From positions 1 through 64,000 of the forward strand of contig CAZWDO010000018.1 of the NCBI GenBank assembly GCA_964632485.1: 64,000 nucleotides of DNA, in the 5' to 3' direction. Each line of letters opens with the position of its first letter. The first letter of the stretch is position 1. The translations under genes and the position numbers were made by a program. The notes beneath the pieces were generated by a model. That model was not told the DNA's origin and made no database searches. It saw only the letters and a list, made by a program, of their open reading frames with translations. Source of the stretch: an uncultured bacterium. Its GTDB lineage: Bacteria > JAGOEH01. Shown here piece after piece: positions 48,553-58,476 of the stretch.

Positions 48553-50406
48553 TTACTCCTTTTGCTCCAATATCTCCAAGTCCTCGGGAGAAAGGCTGGG
48601 ATCGCCGTTTTTTTCAATCTTTACCTTCTCATCACCATTAATATCAACGCCAATAGATTCAGCACCAGGTCGTTCCCGTACATCATCGAATTGCTGCAAA
48701 ATGGATTGCGTCGTTTCCACCATAGCGCCAAGATTTTCCATGTCTTCCCGTTCTTTGTATTTTTGCAATTCACCCAACGCTTCTTTTAAATCAATCAACA
48801 GAGATGCATGCGATTCAGTCAAATCCTTTTCCTGGCACAGAAAAAGAAGATCATTTCCTTCCAGCAGCAGACCCTCAGCTTTATTCGTCAGATTCAGTTT
48901 CATCAGCCATTGCCGATCCTGCTCTTCATAACGGTTCGCTTCTTCCACCATGTGCTTGATCTCTTCCGGAGAAAGACCTGAGGCGTCTTTAATGATGATG
49001 GTTTGTTTTACATTCGTATCCAGGTCTTTAGCGGAAACATGCAAAATCCCATCTACATCAACATCGAAAGTCACCTCGACACGGGGTTCCCCTTTGCGAC
49101 TATTCCTAATCCCGGTCAATTGGAAATTTCCTAAAAACTTATTGGCAATTGCGAGTTTACGCTCCCCCTGGTAGATTTTTACTTCCACCATTTCCTGGTC
49201 ATCGGAAATGGTTGTGAAGAGCTTAGTCTTGCTGACTGGAATGGGGGTGTTCCGATCGATAATCGGTACGAATCCTCCCCCTTCCACTTCGATACCCAAC
49301 GCCATGGGGATGACATCAACCAGGACTATTCCCTTGGTAGTTCCCTTGATTATCGCTGATTGAATGGCAGCTCCCAGAGCAACGCATTCATCGGGATTGA
49401 TATTTTTATATAATTCCTTTTTAGTGATCTGAGCAATTTTATCCTGAAAAACCGGGATGCGAGTAGTTCCCCCTACTAATAGAACCTTGTCAATCTGGTC
49501 AACTGAAAGTTTCGCATCTTTTAAGGCAATTTTTGCCGGTTCCTCGATAGCTTCAACCAAATCTTTAATCAAATTCTCAAAAAGACTGCGGGAAATCTTC
49601 ATTTCCAGGTGCCGGGGTCCTTTTTCAGTAGCGGTGATGAAGGGAATACTCAACTGAGTGATCGGTGATTCAGAAAGTTCAATCTTGGCTTTTTCAACTT
49701 CTTCCAATAATCGTTGCAAGGCCATTCGGTCCTGCTTCAAGTCGAGTTTTTCTTTTTTTTTATATTCCTCGATCACATAGTTTAGAAGCCGCTGATCCAA
49801 ATCATCGCCTCCGAGGTGATTGTTTCCGGAAGTGGCAAGCACTTGAAAAACGCCATTGCCAATTTCCAGAATTGAAACATCATAGGTCCCCCCACCAATA
49901 TCATATACCATCACAATTTGCTCTTCAGTGTCTTTTAAACCATAAGCCAGAGCGGCGGCAGTCGGTTCATTAACAATGCGTAGCACCTCAATTCCGGCGA
50001 TTTTACCGGCATTGATTGTTGCCTGACGCTGGGCATCGTTAAAATAGGACGGAACCGTGATAACCGCCTGTTTTACATCACAACCGAGATACTCTTCCGC
50101 ATCTTTTTTTAATTTCCGCAAAATCAGCGCCGAGATTTCTTCCGGTGAATATTTTTTGGCATCAATAGTGATCTGATTTTTAGTTCCCATCGCCCTTTTT
50201 ATTGAACTGATCGTACGGGAGCTATTAATAATGGCCTGATTTTTAGCGGCCTGACCCACTAATATCTCCCCTTCTTTAGAAAAAGCGACGACAGACGGCG
50301 TCAAACGACCTCCCCGATTATTGGGAACGATTTGAGGCGTATTGCCTTCAAAGACGGCTACCACGGAATTCGTTGTACCTAAATCTATACCAATAACTTT
50401 CTGCAT
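48553..50406 (-). CDS. dnaK: Hsp70/DnaK family chaperone (probable paralog)
   Basis: IGIDLGTTNS, TVPSYFNDAQRQAT, NEPTAAALAYG, LVGGTTRIP, NPDECVALGAA, YQGER. Confidence 0.92.
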   Translation of the reverse strand: MQKVIGIDLGTTNSVVAVFEGNTPQIVPNNRGGRLTPSVVAFSKEGEILVGQAAKNQAIINSSRTISSIKRAMGTKNQITIDAKKYSPEEISALILRKLKKDAEEYLGCDVKQAVITVPSYFNDAQRQATINAGKIAGIEVLRIVNEPTAAALAYGLKDTEEQIVMVYDIGGGTYDVSILEIGNGVFQVLATSGNNHLGGDDLDQRLLNYVIEEYKKKEKLDLKQDRMALQRLLEEVEKAKIELSESPITQLSIPFITATEKGPRHLEMKISRSLFENLIKDLVEAIEEPAKIALKDAKLSVDQIDKVLLVGGTTRIPVFQDKIAQITKKELYKNINPDECVALGAAIQSAIIKGTTKGIVLVDVIPMALGIEVEGGGFVPIIDRNTPIPVSKTKLFTTISDDQEMVEVKIYQGERKLAIANKFLGNFQLTGIRNSRKGEPRVEVTFDVDVDGILHVSAKDLDTNVKQTIIIKDASGLSPEEIKHMVEEANRYEEQDRQWLMKLNLTNKAEGLLLEGNDLLFLCQEKDLTESHASLLIDLKEALGELQKYKEREDMENLGAMVETTQSILQQFDDVRERPGAESIGVDINGDEKVKIEKNGDPSLSPEDLEILEQKE

Positions 50407-50456
50407 GGGGTATCGCTCCTTTCTAAGCTAAAACCATATCAATGGTTATCTCGCAT

Positions 50457-51293
50457 TTAGTTCTTTTTCAAAAAAATAAATTCAACCCTGCGATTGTTGC
50501 TACGATTTTCTTCGTTAGCATTTTGTTGAATGGGCCGTGTATCGGCAACACCGGCTACGGTTACCCGTTCTTTGGGAATTTTACAATACTGGAGAAGAAA
50601 CCGCGCCACACCAGCCGCCCGGGCCGAAGAAAGTTCCCAATTCGATGGATATTGACGGGTACGTATCGGCAGATCATCCGTATGGCCTTCGATTAAAATG
50701 TCATCATTCACCTGATTCATCAACTGCCCAATTTTGTACAACACGCGATACGATTCTTTTTTCACATCAGCCCGACCGATATCAAATAAATTTCGATCGG
50801 TAATCCGTACGGCAATACCCCGGGGATCAATCACAACCTTAACCATATCCTCCATTTTTTCACTGGCGATGATGGAATTGAGTTGCGCAATCAATTGGCT
50901 GGTTTGATTCGCCTGAACTTGTTCTGTTATCTTCCCGGAAATTATCAACTGATCATCTTTTGATTCCATCTTTACGAATTTTTGAAGATTACTGTCTTGA
51001 ATCATCTCAGATATTGTTTTTGCGATTTGCTGCATCGCCTGATTTTCATTCGTAATCTGATCAGTTGTTACCGGCATAGATTTTTCATATTGCGCCGTTT
51101 CTTCTGTTGTAGAACCAAAAGCCCCGGTCAGGGATTCAACGACCTGGCGATATTTAACAAGGTCGGTGGACGACATACTTAACAACATGATAAAAAAGGT
51201 CAACAATAACGACATCATATCGGAAAACGTCACGATCCACTCGGGCGCGCCTTCTTCTCCCCCCGGTTCATCCTGTAGCATATCATCTGGCAT
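50457..51293 (-). CDS. motB: Flagellar stator B subunit (MotB/PomB-like)
   Basis: WIVTFSDMMSLLLTFFIML, IEGHTDD, SNWELSSARA, NRRVE. Confidence 0.95.
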   Translation of the reverse strand: MPDDMLQDEPGGEEGAPEWIVTFSDMMSLLLTFFIMLLSMSSTDLVKYRQVVESLTGAFGSTTEETAQYEKSMPVTTDQITNENQAMQQIAKTISEMIQDSNLQKFVKMESKDDQLIISGKITEQVQANQTSQLIAQLNSIIASEKMEDMVKVVIDPRGIAVRITDRNLFDIGRADVKKESYRVLYKIGQLMNQVNDDILIEGHTDDLPIRTRQYPSNWELSSARAAGVARFLLQYCKIPKERVTVAGVADTRPIQQNANEENRSNNRRVEFIFLKKN

Positions 51294-51294
51294 T

Positions 51295-52059
51295 TTATTT
51301 CCCTTTTTTCTTCCCGCCACGCATATCAGGCGACAAAAAAGACAATAGCTTTTCTTCGAGCACGCGGGGATTATCGCCCGCTTGTATGGATAATACGCCT
51401 TCAACCATAATTTGCATAATCAATTGTTCATCCCCGGACCTCATTTCCAGTTTGTCTGCAATCGGTAAAAAGACCAAATTTGAAAAAAGAGCTCCGTAAA
51501 AGGTTGTAATAAGAGCTACCGCCATGGCCGGCCCGATATTAGCGGGATCTGACATGGATTGCAACATCTGCACCAAGCCGATTAGAGTACCGATCATTCC
51601 AAAAGCCGGAGCGGATGAGCCCATCGCTTTAAATAATTTCTGACCGCTTTGATGCCGCGATTTCATAAAGGCAATCTCGGTATATAAAATAGATTTAACC
51701 AAATCCGGCGCGATGCCGTCAACGATCAGTTGCGTGCCTTTTCTCATCAAATCCTGAGTAATTTTATAACTTGCCAAAGAAAGGATGCTCTCCTTACGCG
51801 CTTTATTGGCCATATCCACTAATTGTTTGATTACTTTTTGCGGATCTTCCTTACTATCGAAAAAAGCATTCTTCAGAACGCCGACGGTTCCAAAAACAGT
51901 TTTCATGTTAAATTTTATAAAAGTTGTTGCAATTGTTCCTCCAATAACAATGAGAAACGATGGCAAATCCCAAAAAACCATCAATGAACTTCCCATCATA
52001 ATAGAATATATGATTAAAGCCATTCCTGAAACGATTCCAAGCAGTGTCCCTATATCCAT
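51295..52059 (-). CDS. motA: Flagellar stator A subunit (MotA/PomA-like)
   Basis: SFLIVIGGT, APAFGMIGTLIGLVQML, MAVALITTFYG, IQAGDNP. Confidence 0.95.
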   Translation of the reverse strand: MDIGTLLGIVSGMALIIYSIMMGSSLMVFWDLPSFLIVIGGTIATTFIKFNMKTVFGTVGVLKNAFFDSKEDPQKVIKQLVDMANKARKESILSLASYKITQDLMRKGTQLIVDGIAPDLVKSILYTEIAFMKSRHQSGQKLFKAMGSSAPAFGMIGTLIGLVQMLQSMSDPANIGPAMAVALITTFYGALFSNLVFLPIADKLEMRSGDEQLIMQIMVEGVLSIQAGDNPRVLEEKLLSFLSPDMRGGKKKGK

Positions 52060-52063
52060 ATCC

Positions 52064-53506
52064 TTACTCCAACTTTAAAGACTCTATGTGGTTATCTGTT
52101 TCCACGATCAACATTCCTTCCATGGTTTCGCCTACAGTCCACTCTGTATTACGAATCAAAATTCTCACACCCGGAAAAATTGTCGAACGGGCGACAATAC
52201 GGCCATATTCGTTTTTATGACTGTTAATTTCATCGGTAAATTTAATTTCCAGTTTTTGCAGTAATTGACGCTTCTTCACAAGCGTATCCTTAAGACGGGG
52301 GATTCGATCCTGTATTTCAATTCGTCGGGAATCCAAATCATTAATATGCAGATCAATTTCGGTCTCAATCGGAGATTGAAGAAATTTTACAATAAAATCA
52401 AGTTGCTGTTCCAGCTTTCGCCGTTGCTCATTCAAAACCTTGATCTCATGATATGTCGTTTCTATTTGGCTTTTTAGAAAGGGATCAATCCCCACTTCTA
52501 AAACAGTCTGAGTATTGTGGAAATTACCGATAATATAGGTTTCAACATTTTTTCCGACAATTGTTTTTCCGCCAATAATTGATGCTCTGTGTTCATGTTC
52601 ATCTCCGACAAATAATTGCCCCCCAATTTTCAGCATTGAGTGGTGGGAATACTTAGCGACTCGCATATCCCCCTGGCAATTGACCAGCGCATTTTCCACA
52701 TAAAAGGTTGAACAGTTACCTTTAACCGTAATCGTCGATAACGGACTTCCAATAATCCCTCCTTTTACCGTAAGATTTCCATTGCATTCAACGACCGCTT
52801 TTTCAATTAAACCTTCAATAGTCAGATTGCCACCTGTTTTAACCTCAAAACCCTCTTTAATATCGCCTTTAATCAGCAAATCGCCAATAAACAGAAGATT
52901 TCCAGTTTTATAATCAATATCACCATCGACTACAAAACTCGGCAGGACACTGACATTAACACCATCATACAGCAAATAGCCGTTAATTGCCGAGACTAAC
53001 AGATTTTGATCATAGTCAGCAATATGAGTATTCTGGCCAGGAGGAAAAGCTGCGTAATGTACGGGAGGCTGGATGGCATCGCTATGGATATCCATTCCCG
53101 AACACCCCGGGCGGCTCAATTTTCTTTGGACTAATATTTGCTGCATTACCACGTTTTCCAGAAAATTCTTTTCCTTAAAATTAATTCGCTGATCGGGAGT
53201 AATGGTCGGTTCTTTTTTAAGACTCGTATCAAAATAGTTTTCAAATTCATTCCATTCTTCAGCAACCGGAGCCTTTCCCTGGGCAACTAAAATCTTTTCA
53301 CCCTTATCCGGTTTTTGCAAAAAAAGTTCAATAACAGAATCCATAATACCATAGGTAATCTGGGCTTGCGAAAATAGTTCCAATAGAGTTGGACGATCAA
53401 TCCCCGAGCCATCAGATTGAGAGCGGGCGATTAACCAAGCAGACATATCATCTTTTGAAACCAGCAATAAAAGTTCATTTTTTTCATATTTTATCCAAGC
53501 ATCCAT
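52064..53506 (-). CDS. Flagellar assembly protein A family (DUF342/FapA)
   Basis: VSKDDMSA, ITYGI, VAQGKAP, GDIDYKTGNL.F.GD..IKGDI..GFEVK. Confidence 0.88.
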   Translation of the reverse strand: MDAWIKYEKNELLLLVSKDDMSAWLIARSQSDGSGIDRPTLLELFSQAQITYGIMDSVIELFLQKPDKGEKILVAQGKAPVAEEWNEFENYFDTSLKKEPTITPDQRINFKEKNFLENVVMQQILVQRKLSRPGCSGMDIHSDAIQPPVHYAAFPPGQNTHIADYDQNLLVSAINGYLLYDGVNVSVLPSFVVDGDIDYKTGNLLFIGDLLIKGDIKEGFEVKTGGNLTIEGLIEKAVVECNGNLTVKGGIIGSPLSTITVKGNCSTFYVENALVNCQGDMRVAKYSHHSMLKIGGQLFVGDEHEHRASIIGGKTIVGKNVETYIIGNFHNTQTVLEVGIDPFLKSQIETTYHEIKVLNEQRRKLEQQLDFIVKFLQSPIETEIDLHINDLDSRRIEIQDRIPRLKDTLVKKRQLLQKLEIKFTDEINSHKNEYGRIVARSTIFPGVRILIRNTEWTVGETMEGMLIVETDNHIESLKLE

Positions 53507-53764
53507 TGTATCCTCGATATCGCGAACCTGCTATTTTCTATATAAAATAGATATTACATAGAAATTGCATTTAAATTTGCTGAACATCCCGAATACCAGG
53601 CAGAAAGAACATTCTTCAAGAAACCCTGTGGATAATGCTGTGTCCGAACATAATGCTCTTATACCTGAAGTGTGCAGACTTTTCATTAAATCTGTCCCTT
53701 ACCTGCGATTTTCAGGTTTTACATTAATATAACCTAAAAAAAAAAATATCAAGAAAAAAAACAC

Positions 53765-53797
53765 AAAAAAAAGCCCCGGAACGTGCCGGGGCTTTTT
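53765..53797 (-). terminator. Intrinsic terminator after the giant secreted-protein gene
   Basis: AAAAGCCCCGG-AACGTG-CCGGGGCTTTT with A/T tracts on both sides. Confidence 0.85.
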
Positions 53798-53843
53798 GAA
53801 ATATAGAAGGTGACCTGAAAATCACCATTTTTTTCATGCCAGA

Positions 53844-56800
53844 TTATTTCAGCAAGAGCATTTTCTTAGTCTTGTTGAACTTACCTGTTTCAATCTGATA
53901 GAAATAAACGCCTGCGGCAACAGATCGACCCTTATCATTAGTGCCATTCCATGTCATGGAATAGTTGCCGGCGGCCTTACGTTCGTCAACTAAAGTTTTT
54001 ACTAATTCTCCCGCGATATTGTATATCTTGAGAGTAATTTTAGCATCTTCGGGTAAGGCGAAATGAATTTCAGTGGACGGATTGAACGGATTCGGATAGT
54101 TCTGGGCTAAATCGTAGGTTTTGGGCAGACCCAGCTTGGCCAAATAGTGTCCATCCACACGGAAAGCCTCTTCACGAACCAATTCGTTCTTGCCGTTGAA
54201 GTATTGATAATTGAAAACCCAATCGGAAGTGACATCGCTCTTAGCGCGCAGATAAACGCGGGCAATGACGCCGGAACCGTTCAGAATCGAACGATTTTGG
54301 GCAAAGCGAGTCGCTGCCAAATCCAATTGTCCCAAAGTCATGTCCTTGAACAATGCACTGCTGGCGCTGCCGCGGCTCATGAAATCTTTTTCCTCAACCA
54401 TCGCCACTTCGATTTCATCACTATTGAAATCCAATATAGCGCGAACGATACTTAAATCCTCAACCTTGTTGGCATAGATGTCAAAAACCGCTTCCTGACC
54501 ATCGGTTAATTTACCTGAAACATAGCGGAATTGAATCGGTGATTCAGCGTTGACCTCATAAGCCAGAGCAGCTCCTTCTTTCTTCAGCAAGGTATTGCTC
54601 GGATTGAAACCGCGGAACCAGGAATACATCTCGCCAAAGGTGATGACATCATCGGGTTCCCACTTACAATCGGGACGGGCAAACAAGTAAGGAGCGCGAA
54701 GACCGCTCTTCCACGAGAATGACGGGAAAATATCCGCCACAGGGTCCTGATAGCCCAGGTTGTTGTCAACGAAACCATTCCAACCGAAGACATAAGCCAG
54801 GACATCTTCATTGTCAATGCGTCCGTCCGGATCGGGAATCATATTCGGCGCCGGATAATTGCGATAGAAGTTGTTATAATAGTTGGCGCTGGCAATATCG
54901 CCCAACATAACCATGAACAAGGAGGCGCCTTTCCAATCCTTTACTTCGAGCGTGTCATAGATATTGTTGCCATTCTTGATATTGCGAATCATTAGGCTAT
55001 TGCTGGTATTGATTGTAATACCCTGATACGCAGTACCCGGATCCGATTTCTTATAACGCGCGGAATTAGGCTGGGTTTTATCATCCGTATTAATACCGGT
55101 CGTATCGACGCGGTAACTGATACGGGCCAAAGCGCCCGAGCACATAATTCCTTCGTTAGTAGCCGGAAACTTGACCACACCGGAAATGGCAAACATACCG
55201 GTACTATTGATTTGTTCAACAGAGGGCGTGAAATAGAATTCATACGCTTCTCCGCCAATATTGCCGAGCGCGTCGCCGGCGACAATATCAACGATTTCAA
55301 TAATCGAGGTATCAAAAGTAGCTTCCACATTGACGTATATAATCTTGTCGGGATTTTCCAGATAAACAAGAATATTACGCAAATCCTCGCCACCCTGTCC
55401 CTGGCCTTCACCTTCGTACACCAGGATGATCGAATCACCGGGTTCTCCCTGGCAATTGTAGTCGGAGAGGAATTTGATGGTGGGACGGCTATCATTGATA
55501 ATCAGGGATTGTGTAGAATAATCGCTGCCGTTTTGGCCGTACTTGTCTAAGATAACACCCAACAAGTAACCGGTATCCGGTACAACCATGCCGGATGTGG
55601 TACTGGGCATCCAGGAGTAGGTACCATTACCACCGGTTGGAGCCGCGATACCACTCTCGATCAACAAGCAGTTGGAAAGAGAGGAAGTATCGGTAGGGGC
55701 AAAGTAGAAACCGACAGTAGCAGTTGCCAATTCATCGTCGGTAACGGAGTAATTGAAGCTGAATGCGCTTTCTGGATGACGATAGATATAGTTACCGCCG
55801 CCGCAGGAACCTCCACCGGTAAGACTCAGTGTAATGGTCGGAACCTGATTGGAGATGCCTTCGAGCTTGGTTATGCGTCCGCTATTGGACCCGCCCCAAT
55901 CGGCAACATAGAGATCGATTTTCTGGCCGCCGAAACCCACGCCATTAACACCTGTGCCGGTAGTATAGAGGCCACGATGCTGGGCCCGTTCGCCAACCAC
56001 GGCGCAAACATCGGTCGGACGGTAGAACTGTCCGAGTTCGGTTCCCGTGCCGCCCAGTTCGATAAATTTTTCCGGAACCGTAGTTAAAGCGGGATTCAAG
56101 GCTTGTTCGTCGCGGAAGACGATGACTTTGTCATGGCTGTAATCGGCCACATAGACATAAACATCCGATGAATCCACGATATTGGTGTTCTTGAAATACT
56201 TGCCAACAGAAATCGATACCGGATCGAGTCCCTGTCCGAATTTACTCTGGTAGCGGAACTTGTAAGACCAGCCCGCATTTTCGTCCCAGGTATATTTCTT
56301 TACTACGGAATGACCGCGATCGCCGACATAAACATCGACCAGACCGGTAATGTCATTATATCGCGCGGCGATACCCGTAGGTTGCGAAATTTGTCCCGAA
56401 GCGCCTGAAGTACTGTCCGCATAGGTATTGTCAAAGACAAACATATCCGGGCAGGGATAGTAGGCAATCTTGGCGGTCCAGTTGGTACCCTTGGCCGGTT
56501 TGCGTCCATGCACGCCGTTACCGAAGAGCAAACGGCCGCCGCCATATTCCGTATAGGCATCGGTAGTTGTGAATGAACCATCAGGATCGGCGAAGCGGTT
56601 GAGTTCATAAGCGCCGGTATCGCCGACCACTGTCAGATTGGCCACGCGCACCCATTCTTCCTGGTCCTCAAATGTACCATCGGCATCTTCATCCACCCAA
56701 ACCGTCGGCCATTCTACTACGGAGAAGGATTGTTCATGACGGTTGAAATAAATCTGCTGATTGATGCTATCGCCGGAGAGAGTATAAGTGATTGTATCCG

Positions 56801-58301
56801 GGAAGAAGGAAAGACGCGAACCGCCGCGCGCTGTACGGTGATTGTGATGCCATTGAATAATGGCCGCATCTCCCTGGGTTTCAATATCATCATAGGGCCC
56901 GGTACGATCGGGATAATTGGCCAGGTTATAAATCGTGCCAATTCCCATTTCCGCATCAATACCGATACTGCCATTGATAACGCGAATTTTGCCGGAACCG
57001 GCTTCCGTTAAGAAGATACGGATACTATCCGTCACTGTATAAGATGTATAGGCATTATCAACAGTAGTCGTGAAACGCACTCCCTGGTCACTGTTACGGG
57101 CGCTGATGACCGAAATCGCGGTAGGATTGCTTAAAGAGCCGCGATAACGCTGGGCCTGTGTGATCGACAAACTGGTGAAACTGTTGTCGTATTTCGCCCA
57201 GGAATAGTTAAAGAGGTAAGACGAATCATCAGGCGGGGCCGTGTCCAGGCCATAGATATTAATGTATTGGTTAGCATTGGCTCCGGTATTGTAGCGTTTC
57301 AGCACTTCAATATCTGAGATGCGTCCCCAATAATCAAAGAAACCACGCTGCAACGCGGTGGTCGGCATGGGGCCGTAAGTACCCGCCGGGGTCGGAGCCA
57401 GTATGGACACCTGGCTTGTATCACGTTGCATATCATCATAAATGTAGCCACCGTAGCGTACGCCCGGATCGATGATATCCGTAGCCTTGTCGGACGAAAG
57501 TACGCATTCGACCAATAGATACTGCGAACTATCCAGATCGCGTAACGTAACCAAGCCACTACCATAATCTATTGCATAGCATTTTGCAGTAGAAGGCAGA
57601 GCGGCCAGCGCCGTCTCATTCGCCACGCGGGACCATTTGCTCCCCGCCACTTTAACGATTTCCGAATTGGGAATCACGTCCCAACTATTCAAATTAACGC
57701 CGCCGGTGACCAAACCGCCACCTGCCACATAAATCTGAGCGGTCGGATAGGTTCCACCGGTATAATTAATGTCCAGGCTATCGAGAAATGGTGTCTGAGG
57801 ACTATCCACCGAATCGAGCACCACCCGCACAAAATGGGGTTCAAAAATTTTGATATCACGCGCCACACCATCCGCAACTAACGCTACATAGGCGCGGGTC
57901 GTATCGGCGGTTGTGGTTGTAATTGCTCCAGCATTGCTCTGGATCAAACCCAGCGAGGTATCCACAAAGACCGCGATACCCAAGGCTGATTCCAGCGCCC
58001 GCGGGCGGTAATGGACATCAGACAGTTCGGAAGCCGAAGTGGTTCCTTCTGCCGATCCTGAGTTAGTTCCGTCATTGTACCCAGGAGTCTCCTGGTGCTT
58101 TGCACGGACTTCTTTCATATCGGGACGATTTCCCGACAATACATTATAATTCAACCCGTCCCACCATCCGGTATAACGATACACCAGGGGTTGGCGAGGG
58201 GTATTATTCAGGCTTTGACCCTGCATCATCAGCAAGGGTACGCCGACTATCATGAGCCCGAATATCACTATCAGCGCTATTTTTATTTTTTTGGACTTCA
58301 T
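53844..58301 (-). CDS. 1485-aa secreted protein: NHL-like repeats, cohesin-like/dockerin-like/cohesin-like modules, T9SS type-A (FlgD-Ig) CTD
   Basis: N-terminal signal; QPTGIA, GQFYRPTDV, YVAD repeats; GD...PDGRIDNEDV...ADI..PDCKWEPDDV; LAQNYPNPFNPST...KIYNIAGELVKTL...GVYFYQI...KKMLLLK; AAGGAGG RBS. Confidence 0.85.
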   Translation of the reverse strand: MKSKKIKIALIVIFGLMIVGVPLLMMQGQSLNNTPRQPLVYRYTGWWDGLNYNVLSGNRPDMKEVRAKHQETPGYNDGTNSGSAEGTTSASELSDVHYRPRALESALGIAVFVDTSLGLIQSNAGAITTTTADTTRAYVALVADGVARDIKIFEPHFVRVVLDSVDSPQTPFLDSLDINYTGGTYPTAQIYVAGGGLVTGGVNLNSWDVIPNSEIVKVAGSKWSRVANETALAALPSTAKCYAIDYGSGLVTLRDLDSSQYLLVECVLSSDKATDIIDPGVRYGGYIYDDMQRDTSQVSILAPTPAGTYGPMPTTALQRGFFDYWGRISDIEVLKRYNTGANANQYINIYGLDTAPPDDSSYLFNYSWAKYDNSFTSLSITQAQRYRGSLSNPTAISVISARNSDQGVRFTTTVDNAYTSYTVTDSIRIFLTEAGSGKIRVINGSIGIDAEMGIGTIYNLANYPDRTGPYDDIETQGDAAIIQWHHNHRTARGGSRLSFFPDTITYTLSGDSINQQIYFNRHEQSFSVVEWPTVWVDEDADGTFEDQEEWVRVANLTVVGDTGAYELNRFADPDGSFTTTDAYTEYGGGRLLFGNGVHGRKPAKGTNWTAKIAYYPCPDMFVFDNTYADSTSGASGQISQPTGIAARYNDITGLVDVYVGDRGHSVVKKYTWDENAGWSYKFRYQSKFGQGLDPVSISVGKYFKNTNIVDSSDVYVYVADYSHDKVIVFRDEQALNPALTTVPEKFIELGGTGTELGQFYRPTDVCAVVGERAQHRGLYTTGTGVNGVGFGGQKIDLYVADWGGSNSGRITKLEGISNQVPTITLSLTGGGSCGGGNYIYRHPESAFSFNYSVTDDELATATVGFYFAPTDTSSLSNCLLIESGIAAPTGGNGTYSWMPSTTSGMVVPDTGYLLGVILDKYGQNGSDYSTQSLIINDSRPTIKFLSDYNCQGEPGDSIILVYEGEGQGQGGEDLRNILVYLENPDKIIYVNVEATFDTSIIEIVDIVAGDALGNIGGEAYEFYFTPSVEQINSTGMFAISGVVKFPATNEGIMCSGALARISYRVDTTGINTDDKTQPNSARYKKSDPGTAYQGITINTSNSLMIRNIKNGNNIYDTLEVKDWKGASLFMVMLGDIASANYYNNFYRNYPAPNMIPDPDGRIDNEDVLAYVFGWNGFVDNNLGYQDPVADIFPSFSWKSGLRAPYLFARPDCKWEPDDVITFGEMYSWFRGFNPSNTLLKKEGAALAYEVNAESPIQFRYVSGKLTDGQEAVFDIYANKVEDLSIVRAILDFNSDEIEVAMVEEKDFMSRGSASSALFKDMTLGQLDLAATRFAQNRSILNGSGVIARVYLRAKSDVTSDWVFNYQYFNGKNELVREEAFRVDGHYLAKLGLPKTYDLAQNYPNPFNPSTEIHFALPEDAKITLKIYNIAGELVKTLVDERKAAGNYSMTWNGTNDKGRSVAAGVYFYQIETGKFNKTKKMLLLK

Positions 58302-58476
58302 TGTCTTTTCCTCCTTAGAACGGTTAAGACGACGGTTTTGCCCACGCCGGGCAAACTCTCGCTCGCGCCATGCACTTTCTGATCAACCTTCGTGTTTTAG
58401 GCCAAGGGCCTCCTTTCTTCTTTTCTTTCTATTCGTTTGTTCCTAAGTTTTTCGGTATAAGGTCGTCTAATTTATT

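Noticed and set aside
53627-53635. DnaA box (TGTGGATAA) as possible replication origin
   Set aside because: Single box with no cluster and no dnaA/dnaN context; another copy at 25035-25043 lies in coding sequence
58335-58372. c-di-GMP-I riboswitch suggested by GGCAAA
   Set aside because: No GNRA-capped P2 followed by GACGCAAAG; GGCAAA is simply one arm of a local hairpin
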